A model generated the notes under the pieces. That model ran no database searches and had not been told where the DNA came from. It saw nothing but the letters and a program-made list of their open reading frames with translations. A stretch of 64,000 nt of DNA from contig NC_068981.1 in assembly GCF_001194135.2 (NCBI RefSeq), forward strand, positions 20,488,989 to 20,552,988. Reading direction: 5' to 3'. Of the stretch, positions 12,867 through 26,197 are shown one piece after another (the first letter of the stretch is position 1; every line of letters begins with the position of its first letter). This DNA is from Octopus bimaculoides. Lineage: Eukaryota. A program made the position numbers and the translations under genes.

Positions 12867-13085
12867 TTACATGACTATGATCAATGGCAATGTTGTATTG
12901 TTCAAGGTCACAGACACTGGATTACAGCAAACTATACACTTTTATTGATGCCATCCATCCCATTTACAATGTCTACAGTCTCCCTAGTAGCTCTACTACT
13001 CTCGTCTGCCATTCTAGTGGCTTTCATCACTTTAACTGTCTGCTTCAGTGTTCGCAAGAGAAAAAAAACTGAAATAAAAGATTGA
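12867..13085 (+). CDS. Gene A terminal exon: end of Ig2, transmembrane helix, short basic tail
   Basis: Acceptor TTTCAG|TTA (phase 0) matches the upstream donor. DYDQWQC supplies the second Ig Cys. TM VSLVALLLSSAILVAFITLTVCFSV, then RKRKK and stop. Confidence 0.88.
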   Translation, partial: LHDYDQWQCCIVQGHRHWITANYTLLLMPSIPFTMSTVSLVALLLSSAILVAFITLTVCFSVRKRKKTEIKD

Positions 13086-13589
13086 AGTATTTGAAGAATT
13101 GGATGTCTTACTGATGGCTTTTGTTCCTGATAATAGTTGATTCAAATTTTAGGCAGATGAGGGAGACACGTGCACACATTCACACACACACACACACACA
13201 CATACACGCATTCACGCACACATACACACACTTCCATGGTTGTTATACTAATGGCAGGATTGAATCATTTCTTGACTCTTCTAGTGAGCCATAGTAAAAC
13301 TATATTGCATTGATTGGCACCACATCTTGCTCCCATTACTGTAGTAACTGAACCCAGTCATTTCTCAAAAATTCTATCTATATTGCCAGAGCAATAAGGA
13401 AGCAGTTGTAATTGGTAAAGAGGCAGATTGTTTATTTCCATAGTTGAATGCTACACTTTTTTGTGTTCAAACTCTGCTAAAACTTTGTTTTATTCTTTTT
13501 TTTTTGTTTCTTTGTTTTGTCTTTTTTGTTTTAGTTTTGTCAATTTTGTGTTTGTTGGAGGGTACAGGTAAAAGTAAGAGTCAAGTCAT

Positions 13590-13817
13590 ATAGACTTTTA
13601 AGGGTTGGTTTTCTGGTTTCATGGTGTATATATTCCCCACCTGGACAGGACGCTGGTCTGTCACAGAATTACTCATTATTGCCAGCTGAAGGGACTGGAG
13701 CAATGTGAAAAGAAGTGTTTGCTCAAAAACACAACATGGCACCTGGTACAGGAATCGAAACCAAAATCTTACAATCATGAGTCTAACACCCTGACCACTA
13801 AGCCACATGCCTCCACA
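13590..13817 (-). mobile_element. Decayed tRNA-derived SINE
   Basis: Minus-strand head GGCATGTGGCTTAGTGGTCAGGGTGTTAGACTCATG with B-box TTCGATTCC. Resembles the family D head. Confidence 0.6.
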
Positions 13818-15017
13818 GCAGGGTGCAGGTGGGTCAACAGTTACCAGTTATATATTGTAGTGATATCAGTTGTGCATAGTCAAAAGAACAGTTAGACCAA
13901 ACATGACAAGCTCACTACACTGGAACTCCACTTTAGGCAAAACTGATTGAAGTAACTGAACTTTCCCCTGAGAAAAGAACAGCCATGTATGGTAGTGCTT
14001 GCATTTGGAAACTCATATTTATGAGGCTGCATACAGTGATTCAGGCTGCTCCAAACAGCAGTCAAATCTCCCTCTAATTTCCCCCTACCGTTTTAATAAA
14101 GATATGTTGGATAATATAGTTCTAATCAAAGCATGACTGAAAAAAAGAAGGATGGACATGGTTAGAACATCTTTGATCATAGGTCTACTACAACCACAAG
14201 AAGAATAACAACAACTCTCTACACCCAAATATATTTTAATATACAATGTCATAAAATAATTTTCACACATATATTATTATTATGAAGCCAAAGATACACC
14301 TTAAGGAAATATTTGGATACACTACCAAGTCCCATAATCACTTGATGAGTTAACTCTCTTTTCAAACATACTCTAGTATCTTGTCACAAACACTGAGTAC
14401 AGAATAGTAAATCTTGTCTATTCTCCTGAAAATATCTAAGTACAGCCAATTCAGTTTTGGCTCTGTTTTTGTTTAACTGAAGTGAAATGCTTGCAAAAGA
14501 GACATACATCTATTACAACTCTTTGGTATATTTCCCTGACAATTAACTTTAATATATATTGAAAACATTCTTATATCAAAGATTCTCATTCATATTTATC
14601 TTTCAAGAATAGAACCAGTGTGAAATTTTGTAAGATTGCAAGCCTTAACTAACATATATAAATTCTTGATTCCAAACCTGAAAGATTTTCTTTTAAGGAT
14701 ATTTCAAAAGGATATTTCAAAGATAACAGTAGTAAGATATTAAGATAAATTAATATCACAAAGCTTTATTTAATTCATTTTCTCAAATGCATAATAAAAA
14801 AAAATGAAAAATAAAAGTAACTGTTTACATCAAAATGCATTTTATTTTTTTTATTTTAATCTTGAAGCGAAAATAGTTTTTAAATCATTACAAAATTTAC
14901 TCTATACATTTAATTAACAAAAAATAGTTATGAAGTGAAATTTTCAGTGGAATAATGTTAAGAGTAAACAATATTTTATTAAGAAAAAAATTTTTAAACA
15001 ATTTCTTTGATTTTTAC

Positions 15018-15070
15018 TTAGAAAAGTTTCTCAAATAGTTCTTCCACATCATCTCCGTTAGGTGTTCCTT
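15018..15070 (-). CDS. Gene B putative terminal exon (EGTPNGDDVEELFEKLF*)
   Basis: Acceptor CCACAG|AA in phase 1 matches the donor of the 22430 exon. Acidic composition. AATAAA signals downstream on the minus strand (about 14975, 14845, 14768). Confidence 0.65.
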
Positions 15071-15219
15071 CTGTGGTTTGTAATTTCAATGAAAAGATAA
15101 AATGTGAAAGTAATATATATATACACATAGTTAAATTTATAAAGATTAAGTATAGCATATGAATATACTGATGTCTTTCAATAATCAGTACCAAATTAAG
15201 AAAATGCAGTCATACCATA

Positions 15220-15427
15220 CAGGGTGTCCACAAAGTCTGGGTACATGGGATTAACACATACTTTAAGAAATTATTATTTCTTATATTCAATTGTTTATGT
15301 TATGATTTTATTTGCTCTCTGTACCCACATGGGGATTAACACATACTTTAAGAAATTATTTCTTATATTTAATTGATTATGTCATAATTTTATTTACTCC
15401 ATGTACCCAGACTTTGTGGACACCCTG
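15220..15427. mobile_element. Tc1/mariner-type MITE with duplicated internal core
   Basis: TIRs CAGGGTGTCCACAAAGTCTGGGTACATGG and its reverse complement. TA on both sides. An internal unit of about 82 bp is present twice. Confidence 0.9.
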
Positions 15428-16596
15428 TAGTACAGATATTTGAAATACTTTTCTGATAACTTTTGTCATTTGTATATATGATAAATTCATTCAAGGGGTT
15501 CCAGTCAGTTTTATATCATCAAAATATCTGTATTAAATCAGATACTATATTGGAAATAAACTTCAGAAATGTAATTTATACAAAATTTTTACATTTTTGT
15601 AAGCTAGTCTAAATGAAAAGACAGAGAAAAGAGTGAAGCACATAGACAATGGAAGATTTTGACAGTTAGAAACTGAGTATTAAATGAAAAAAAGGACTCC
15701 TTACATGTGTAAAGTAAAATGATATAAATAATTTTATAGTGATTTTAAGTTATGCTGGTAGTTGACATTATCAGATTACAAAAGTACTCTACTCTGCTTA
15801 TACCATTTATACATTGGAGTTTTTCAATGGCTTGATTTGATATGGGGTAAGCAGTACACATTTGAAATACATGGGTTAGATTTTTAGAAGGTTGCAAACT
15901 ACTTTAGTTTGAAATGATGTACATAGTTAAATAGGGGAGAAGGAGGAGGGGGAGAAAATGGTTATTTTAAGGAGATACATAAACTCGTGTGTGTGTATGC
16001 ATGTGCATGCACATGCACATATGTCATCTTCATAATTTTAATGTCCACTTTTCCATGCTTGCATGAGTCAGATGGAATTTGCGGAAGCAGATATTCTATG
16101 GTCACCTGTTTCCACACAAAGTAATATTTTCCCTTGGCCATATTATACTTTTCACAAATGACTGAAAATTAAACAATACCACTTGCATGACATAGATGGT
16201 TATTTACAACTATCACATGAAGTCAAGGCAAGGGTACACACACACACGCACATGCTCACACACACATACACACACAATGGGTGGTTGGCCTGGGGCTATA
16301 GTAGAAGACACTTAGCCAAGGTACCACACAAAGGATTGACCCTGAAATTAAATGGTTAGGAAACAAGCTTCTTGACCACATGATAAGCACTGTTTATTGG
16401 GAACATTTTACACTAAAGACAAGCATATGGCAATGCATAACAAGGTACAATAGCATACAGTTTGAGAAAATTCAAATTGTCCATTTGTTGGACAAAATCA
16501 ATTAAAACAACCTGCATGTGTGCATGTATGTGAGTGTGTGTCACTGAAGCCATTCATACATATATACATAAATAAATAAACTGAATGATAAATTTC

Positions 16597-16636
<40 letters not shown>

Positions 16637-17822
16637 CTCTCTTTCTTTCTTTCTTTCTCTCTCTCTCTTTCTTTCTTTCTCTCTCTCTCTCATATACGCA
16701 TACACCATCAACATTACTCTCTCTGTCGCGCACACTTCATCAAACATACACACTCACACACACAGACATACGCACACACATCAATTCTCCCCTCTCACCA
16801 CAACTTCAAAAGAAGTTCAGTCATAAAACTGTCCATATCTCTTCATTCGACACCCACTTCAAAAGATCGCCTTTCCTTTTCACTTGTCCGGCCATTGATC
16901 GGGAGATAAAACACAATCCAACTCCTGCTAAATGCAAAAATCCCACCAAAAATACACACACACAAACACACAAACGGACATTTCATGTCTTTCAGCTTCT
17001 CTATGATTATACACGTGTTGCAAACAATAGCTCTTACATACATTTTAATCTTCAACAGGTATGTATCAATTTCTATAATATAAATTGTTTTTCTATAAGC
17101 ATATAACAATTACTTATTCCATAGTTTACTTAGCTTTTCTCTTCACTTTTCTTAAATTGGATATGTCTGCTATTAATTCTTACATACAATTTCCCCATTA
17201 ATTCTTACAGCTTCATTTTCTGTTCAAGCAATTCTTAACGTCAACTTCTTAACATAATACGCAGAATTCTCGCATTAATACAGTAGGGTGTTTGAGGGAG
17301 ATTTGGCCACTATTTCCACCAGGTCTACCCACCAAGTCTGAACTTATTTTTCATTCACAGATTTGCATTTCAAACATTTAACATAATCTTTTCCATAAAT
17401 CAACTATCGTAAATATTTTCTAACATGACGTCACATGCAATTACCCTTTCTTCTGCCATTAACACCAGCTGCTCACACACCTTACAGTTTCTCATTCAAA
17501 CTACATAATACATAGAATTCTCACATTAATACAGTAGAGGTATTTTGAGAGGGATTTGCCTGCTATTTCTACCAGGTCTACCTACCATGTAGAGGTCTGA
17601 ACTTCTTTTCCATTTACAGATTTGCATTTCAAACATTTAACATAATTTTTTCCATACATCAACTATCATAAAAATTTTCTACCATGTCCTCACATTTTTT
17701 ATGTAAATCGAAACGAGACACGAAATGATCAGGTTGAGAAACGGTGTTATAGATTATGCCTAACTGAAAACAATCTCACAGCCACATCATCCAAACAGAC
17801 TGTGTGAAACCGGGTTTAGCTG

Positions 17823-17857
<35 letters not shown>

Positions 17858-17906
17858 TGTCCAACCCATGCTAGCATGGAAAGCGGACGTTAAATGATGA
17901 TGATGA

Positions 17907-17940
<34 letters not shown>

Positions 17941-18694
17941 NNNNNNNNNNNNNNNNNNNNNNNNNNNNNNNNNNNNNNNNNNNNNNNNNNNNNNNNNNNN
18001 NNNNNNNNNNNNNNNNNNNNNNNNNNNNNNNNNNNNNNNNNNNNNNNNNNNNNNNNNNNNNNNNNNNNNNNNNNNNNNNNNNNNNNNNNNNNNNNNNNNN
18101 NNNNNNNNNNNNNNNNNNNNNNNNNNNNNNNNNNNNNNNNNNNNNNNNNNNNNNNNNNNNNNNNNNNNNNNNNNNNNNNNNNNNNNNNNNNNNNNNNNNN
18201 NNNNNNNNNNNNNNNNNNNNNNNNNNNNNNNNNNNNNNNNNNNNNNNNNNNNNNNNNNNNNNNNNNNNNNNNNNNNNNNNNNNNNNNNNNNNNNNNNNNN
18301 NNNNNNNNNNNNNNNNNNNNNNNNNNNNNNNNNNNNNNNNNNNNNNNNNNNNNNNNNNNNNNNNNNNNNNNNNNNNNNNNNNNNNNNNNNNNNNNNNNNN
18401 NNNNNNNNNNNNNNNNNNNNNNNNNNNNNNNNNNNNNNNNNNNNNNNNNNNNNNNNNNNNNNNNNNNNNNNNNNNNNNNNNNNNNNNNNNNNNNNNNNNN
18501 NNNNNNNNNNNNNNNNNNNNNNNNNNNNNNNNNNNNNNNNNNNNNNNNNNNNNNNNNNNNNNNNNNNNNNNNNNNNNNNNNNNNNNNNNNNNNNNNNNNN
18601 NNNNNNNNNNNNNNNNNNNNNNNNGCTCAGACTGACCAAAACCTTGTGAGTGAATTTGGTGAACAGAAAGTAAAAGAAACCCATTGTAAGTTTC

Positions 18695-18756
<62 letters not shown>

Positions 18757-19374
18757 CACGTGCGCGCGTGCATTTGGCTGTGTTTCTTTACATTCACGCT
18801 TCACTGAAAATCACGACCTACAAGCATTGAGATTGTTGTCATTACTCCTGTAAACAAACCATCTACAAGAATTGTGCCTTTCAAGGTGTGCGAAATAAGA
18901 GATCTGTTACTTAGAAAAAGAATAAAGGGATAGCAACAGGAACAGCATTTACCCATAAAACAGTGCTTCAATAATCTACTCATTCTGTTTTTTGAGGAAT
19001 GAGTAGATAGAAGGTAATGGGAAATAGAAATAGTTCTAGTAGACTAGGGTAGGATGGTCAAAAGGATGGGATGTAGCATGTGCCTATTCTGCTCTCAGGT
19101 AATTACAGCAAGTAGTACAATAGAAAGAGAAGTGGTGAGTGTTAAGAAGTGTTAGGGGATAGGTTTGGGGTAAGTGCTTGATGGGGCAGAGAGTACAGGT
19201 TGGGCCTTTGTGCATAACCATACCAAGATAGTTGATGTGTCTTCTTGAGCACAGCAAAAAGCCAGCTATCTTGGCCCTTTTTATCATGTCCTCTTTAAGG
19301 CTCAGCATCTTGAGAGATTAACATTTAATACTTCACATTTTACTGGGTCTCCCTTTTCCACAAATTTCATTCAC

Positions 19375-20277
19375 TTTAAGCGATTGGTATTTATGCAAGT
19401 GTCCTCATCCATACACATTACATGACCAAACCAGCACAGTCTTCTCTCTTGCAGATTACATCTAATTCTTCTAATACCAAACTTTTCTCTCAATACATTT
19501 GCACTCTGTTGTACAAGCATACTGACATTGCACATCCGATGGAGCATACTAGTTTCATTCCTCTCTAGTTTCCGCATATCCTCTGCATTCAGAGCCCTCA
19601 TCTCATTACCATGTAGCATTGCTGTTCATACACATGCATCATACAATCTNNNNNNNNNNTGTTGCCAACAAAGGTAAAAACTCTCTTAACTTTCTCCATC
19701 CTATTCTTATTCTAGGAACTATACTTTCAGAACATCCTCCTCCACTACTAATTAGGTCACCAAGATAAAAGATTATCCCTTACCTCTAGAGGTCCTCCAG
19801 TGCATTTGAGAAAATCAATTTTCCTATGGCTCCCGCACATCTTCCAATACACTAACACTAATTTTTCCATTAACCTTCCAGTGATTCCACTGCACCTCTT
19901 GTGTGTCCATTGCTGGGTGCACCACATGGAATTCCTACCTACACATTTCCTACATACTGTGCAGGGCCATTTATCTGCAGCGGGAGAGTCTTGTCTATTT
20001 TCTTGCTTACTGGAATTTTGGTCTTTACTAAGTTAACTTTAAGGCCCTTTGATTCCAGGTGTTGCTTCCACTCCTGAAATTTTTTTTCAGCTCTGAGAAA
20101 ACAAAGAGTGAGATCATCAGCGCATAGAAGTTCCTAGGGGCAGCTGGTCTTCAATTCCTCTGTTATGACCTGGAGAACAATGATGAATAGGAGGGGACTG
20201 ACAAGCGAACCCTAATGAATGCCTACCTATACACTAAATTCACCACTGTACTCATGCCTAACTCTGAAGATGTAAGG
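19375..20277 (-). mobile_element. RTE-clade LINE, RT and 3' region, decayed
   Basis: GIH*GSLVSPLLFIIVL...ELLCADDL, YLGDLISSGGGCSES and ERRLCWFGHV on the minus strand. Confidence 0.88.
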
Positions 20278-20281
20278 GAAA

Positions 20282-21498
20282 GGAGGCAGAAAGGAAGCAT
20301 TAGGCTAGGACAGAAAAGAATCCTGAATACGACACGTCTCTTTATTTCATTACTTTCACATCTGATTTCACCCTAAGCAATAACAAGTTAGTCTATCAAA
20401 CCAGAATAGCTGTCTCCACTATACTTTTTTCTCAAATAGCACTCTCTATTCCACCCCTCCCTTTTCTACACAACTTTCTTTGTCTACCAACATCACACCT
20501 AATTCTCAGTCACATTACTCTATCTACAAAAAGGAACAACCTGCCACAAACTATACCAAGCCAGAAATAACCACAGTAAACCATTGTCTGACAATAAAGA
20601 GAACATTAAAAATAATTAAATAAATACATACATACATGCATGCATACGTTGTTGGCACTCCGTCGCTTACGACGTTAAGGGTTCCAGCTGATCCGATCAA
20701 TGGAACAGCCTGCTCGTGAAATTAATGTGCAAGTGGCTGAGCACTCCACAGACACGTGTACCCTTAACGTAGTTCTCAGGGGATATTCAGTGTGACACAG
20801 TGTGACAAGGCTGACCCTTTGAATTACAGGCACAACAGAAACAGGATGTAAGAGTGAGAGAAAGTTGTGGTGGAAGAGTGCAGCAGGGTTGCCACCATCC
20901 CCTGCCGGAGCCTCGTGGAGCTTTAGGTGTTTTCGCTCAATAAACACTCACAACCACCGGTCTGGGAATCGAAACTGCGATCCTATGATCGCAAGTCCGC
21001 TGCCCTAACCACTGGGCCATTGCGCCTCCTACGTACATACGTACATACATACGTACATACATACATACATACATACATACATACATACATACATACATAC
21101 AGATGTGTGTGTTTCTGTTTATTTTTATAGGAAATTATATATAAAAACATTAAAATGAAGGATCACTTAATACTTCTTAGTACGTATTTGATTATTTTTA
21201 ATGTTCTCTTTATTGTCAGACAATGGTTTACTTTGGTACTTTCTGACTCAGTGTAATTTGTGGCAGGTTGTTTTTTTTGATAGATAGAGTAATGTGACTG
21301 AGAATTAGGTGAAATGTTGGTAGAAAAGAGAAGGGTGGAATAGAGAGTGCAATTTGAGAAGAAAGTATGGTGGAGACAGTTATTCTGGTATGGTAGAATA
21401 ATTTGTTTTTGCGTAGGGTAAAATCAGGGGTGAAAGTAAAGAGACGTGTCATATTCAGGATTCTTTTCTATCCTAGCCTATTGCTTCCTTTCTGTCCC
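20282..21498. repeat. Inverted pair of a ~330-bp Penelope-tail-like repeat (20282-20622 and 21186-21498)
   Basis: Arms are reverse complements, e.g. TAAAGAGACGTGTC.TATTCAGGATTCTTTTCT and TTATTGTCAGACAATGG. Spacer about 560 bp, containing a SINE. Confidence 0.85.
20650..21029 (-). mobile_element. Full-length tRNA-derived SINE (family D)
   Basis: Minus strand GGAGGCGCAATGGCCCAGTGGTTAGGGCAGCGG...TTCGATTCCCAG. A second copy lies on + at 35248-35612. Confidence 0.88.
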
Positions 21499-22212
21499 TT
21501 TTCTTTTACTTCTTCAGTCTATGTTGGCCTTTATAATGTATGGGGTTGGTAGAAAAGTTTGTTGCATTTTTTAAGTAAAATTCATTAACAATGTTAAGAT
21601 AGTTGTATGTATGTATGTACGTATGTATTTATAGTAATTTTGTGCTTTGCTTAGAAGTGATGCATGATACCAGAATTTTCATCTTTAGTTAAATACAATG
21701 AACTACTCCATATTGTTATTAGAGTATCTGCACGGGTGGAATCAGGACAGGCTAATTTGGGCTGGCATGAAATTATATAAACTGCGAGTCAAATCAAATA
21801 ATATTTTGAAAGCATTTATTCTGAAATATATTAACCAAGGAAAGTCTTGCATAATGGGGTGTATTTCCTATTACATACCATGCAGATCTGAAATTTATGT
21901 ATCAAATGCTTTCTGAATATTATTATTTGGTTTGACGTCATTACATTTGACAATATACCATGTTTGAGAAGACTTGTCTAGCCAAGTGAAAGTGTAGATG
22001 TTGCTGATGCTAGTGTCACATAGCTAATACATAAAAAACACCCATTACACTCTTGGAGTGGTTGACTTTAGGAAGGGCATCCAGCTGTAGCATTCTTACC
22101 AAAACAGATTGGAACCTGGTGCAGCTCTGCAGCTTACCAGTTTCAGCCAAACCATCTAACCCATGCCAGCATAGAAAGCAGATGCTAAATAATGATGATG
22201 ATAATGATTACA

Positions 22213-22255
<43 letters not shown>

Positions 22256-22429
22256 CGCACATGCATGTGTTAATCTGACCTTATTTTGTCAATATTTGTC
22301 TAACTTTGCAGTATAAGTGCCTTGGAAATGATCAAATAATAGTACTAGTTATACCATCAGACACCACCTCTCTTCTCTTAATAGATATATGTTTACTTTC
22401 ATCCACTGAAATCAAAGATTCACACTTAC

Positions 22430-23743
22430 CTTCATTAGTTTCCAAGCGTTCTTTCACTTCATCAATAAGAGTATCGTCACTTTCATTTGTTGTATTGTTA
22501 GCTAGACCAGTTTTTGATTGTAGAATTTTCAGCATGCTTTCATCATTGTCAGTGTTCTCAACATTATCTCCAGCGTTAGTAACAAGTGGTTTTAGTGTGC
22601 TAACAACATTTAGTTCTGTTGGCTTTGCATTTGATTCTGTCAGGTTAGCAACACTTGATCCTGCTGATAAAGTAGCATTTGATTCTTCCACCCCACCAAG
22701 ATTTGGTTCTTCTGCATTAACAACATTTGATTCTGTTAGGTTAGCAACACTTGATCCTGCTGATAAAGTAGCATTTGATTCTTCCACCCCACCAAGATTT
22801 GGTTCTTCTACAGGAACAACATTTGATTCTGTCAGGTTAGCAACACTTGGTCCTGCTGGCAAAGTAGCATTTGATTCTTCCACTACACCAAGATTTGGTT
22901 CTTCTGCATTAACAACATTTGATTCTGTCAGGTTAGCAACACTTGATCCTGCTGATAAAGTAGTATTTGATTCTTCCACCCCACCAAGATTTGGTTCTTC
23001 TACAGGAACAACATTTGATTCTGTCAGGTTAGCAACACTTGGTCCTGCTGGCAAAGTAGCATTTGATTCTTCCACCACACCAAGATTTGGTTCTTCTGCA
23101 TTAACAACATTTGATTCTGTTAGGTTAGCAACACTTGGTCCTGCTGGCAAAGTAGCATTTGATCCTTCCGTCCNNNNNNNNNNTGATTCTTCCACCACAC
23201 CAAGATTTGGTTCTTCTGCATTAACAACATTTGATTCTGTTAGGTTAGCAACACTTGGTCCTGCTGGCAAAGTAGCATTTGATTCTTCCACCACACCAAG
23301 ATTTGGTTCTTCTGCATTAACAACATTTGATTCTGTTAGGTTAGCAACACTTGGTCCTGCTGGCAAAGTAGCATTTGATCCTTCCGTCCCACCAAGAATT
23401 GGTGCTTCTGCATTAACACCATTTGCTATCGTCGCTTTAGTAACATTTGTTTGTACTGAGCTAGTAACATTTGATTCTGTTAGCCCTTCCAATAATTCAA
23501 CTTCTTTTTCTTCATCTTCAAATTCTTTTACGAATCCATTGAGAAGCAGTACGTTGTTTTTAATTTCACCTACTGTCTTTTTCTCTTTCTCAAAAATCTC
23601 CTCCAGTTTTTCCTGTTTGTCTTCTTCTGAAGTACTTGCATTCTGATTTACACTAGGCATATCAGCTACCTCAGTGTTATTTAATGTCTCGTTTACTCCA
23701 ATTCCATTAGCGATCTCACTTTTAGATGCATCCAGGATGGCAG
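22430..23743 (-). CDS. Gene B large exon: acidic N-glycosylated tandem-repeat region (mucin-like spacer)
   Basis: Acceptor TTTCAG|23743 and donor GAAG|GTAAGT at 22430, both phase 1. Open for 437 codons apart from a 10-N gap. 96-bp (32-aa) units at 22628, 22724, 22820, 22916, 23012, 23108, 23228 and 23324. Confidence 0.85.
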
Positions 23744-26122
23744 CTGAAATTGTAAAATTATACTTAATTTATTACAAGATCATATATCTGTTTACGGATG
23801 TATGTATGTATTTTTGCATAACTCTACTGAAAGACTGTGAATTTCTACATATAGACTGTGTAATTATACAGACATCAACAAAATAGACTGTGAATTTCTG
23901 TAAATAGATTATGTAGCTTAACAAATAGACTGCATAGTTCTGGAGATAGACTGTTTAACATTACAGTTAGAGCATCTAACTCTACAAATACATTGTGTGA
24001 ATTTATACAGATAGCAAGCCAGTCACAAGACTCTGGTGATTGGGAAGGAAGGGGGTTTCAGAATATTCTGGGTGGGCATTAATTCATAATAATGCTAAAG
24101 TGAAGTTTTGGAATAAGTATATCTCCATAAGGGTTTTTTGACAATTTATGTTTAAAGGTTGATTATAAACCAGTGAAAAAATTTTTCAAAATTCCTATTT
24201 TTTAAGCCCCTCCTCCTATTCATCCTACTCCTCCTTCTCATATGCAACTGGCCATAACTTTTGCATTTTTAACCTTTTATGAATTATTTTAAACATCAGA
24301 GATGTTTAAATGCTTTCAATTTTTGCTTCTTCAACTTACCTCTGTTTCAAAAGTTACATCAAGCTATAACTTGTTAAGATGTATGGCTTAAGGTTTTAAA
24401 ATTATGCTTTAGGGTTATGGTATAGGTTCAATGTTAGGCCTAAGATTTGCAGTTAGGGTGTAGGGTTAAATAAAGAAAAAGCGTATTTTTACAGCACAAT
24501 GATTTTACTTGTTTCAGACATAAATATGAGGAAATTGTCAAAACTTAAATAGAATATAAACTCTGTCAATTCTAAAACATTGTAGTGTTTTCAATTTTTA
24601 TTATTGCACATTATTTTATGAAATTTAACAATTTTAGTAACATTATTTTAATCAATATATGAGCAAACAATTTATTTGGTCTGGCCTGTATTTAAACCAA
24701 ATATATTACAACTTCTGAAATTTGTGCTGATACTGAAAATTTCTGAAATTGTTGTAAACCAATTTAATCAACTAATTAACACAAATATTATAAAATATTT
24801 GTAATCTTCTTGAGCTGGAACAGAAAATATTCAAAATACTTCCGTGTTCAGTTTTTTTAATATCTATTCATGAATGCAAGTTAACAAGGTTGTTTTTTTG
24901 TTGATGTGTCATAAAAAGATAATAGGGTGTAAATATATGAGACAATGTATAGAAGATGACTTGCAAGAAGCATTGCAGCAAATGTGAGGAATGCAACATA
25001 CAATTTGTGGATATCTGGAAAAGCTCTAAATGAATATAGTGAAGAACAGATATCTGGCAGTTTCTTAAAAGTAATATTTTCTAAAATGTAATGATGTAAC
25101 ATTTACAATACATAATTCATTGTAAAATGAGCTGTCCAAATAGTTTATGCTCATGAGTTTATGCTGAAATGGGAGATAATCTTGAAACTTCTAAGAATGC
25201 TTCTGATTCAAGAGACAAAGCATTTTTAGCTGCAAAATGAATGCTTCTCATGTTGCATTCATTAAAGCAACTTTGAAGTTCTCTAACACAATAATCAAAA
25301 ACACTGTTGTAATTACAATTAAAAATTATATATTCGTTATCAGAATCTTCATGACCCAGCATTGATATTATTCTGGGGTGTACAAAAATGAGGACAGCAA
25401 TGGCAGAAAGCAGCTTTAGACAAAACTGAGAATTCTAACCAAGGTTTGCTATTAAACCATAAATCACAAAAGCCTCATTGTTTTTGTTTTTTGGGGCTAT
25501 TTTACCATATTGGTTAGAATGATGCACTGATAATTTTGGTAGACATCGCATCATATCTAATCTGGATAAGATAAATTTGGGAAGTACATCAAGTTCTGTA
25601 GATTGTATAAGATTAGCTGCTAAAAAAATTGACGGATGGTGTAATGTTGCCGATTCAATTGTGATTCATTTCAAATGGAAGAAATCTTCTATGTCTCATC
25701 ATTTTCACAGGTCTTGGAAGTTTTAGAATTTACAACCAAAAACGTATGACAAAAATTAATTTTTGTCATTTCATTGCTTTTCAATTTGAATAAAATACAA
25801 TTCTTTAAGTTCAAGCAAAATATAATAAAATTGCAAATGCAAACTATTAATGGCTATTATTTTGAAAAACAGAATGTTCAAGGTATTTCCTCATAAATTA
25901 ACCGAAATGTCTGTTCCAACTCTATATTTTTAAGTTGATGCATGACTTTGATTAGAGATAATCTTATAATTCAAGTTGTGAGGGCAAAATACAATTATGG
26001 AAAATCCAACGAATTTCTCACTTTTTTCATTGATAATCGAAGAAATTCTATCTCTTTCTTTATATATGTGTGTAAGCATGTTTGTAGGTATGTTTGTGTG
26101 TACATATAGATAGGTGTGTGTA

Positions 26123-26197
<75 letters not shown>

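Noticed and set aside
17890-18804. Long ORFs spanning N gaps (also 54153-54715 and 61510-62899)
   Set aside because: Length comes from N runs and flanking microsatellites.
22332-22429. C-terminal 32 aa of the track ORF (GKCESLISV...STII)
   Set aside because: A perfect GTAAGT donor at 22429 suggests this is intron read-through, although an unspliced isoform is not excluded.
22306-23646. 446-aa + strand ORF
   Set aside because: Antisense shadow of the repetitive gene B exon. Splice signals and sequon-rich composition favour the minus strand.
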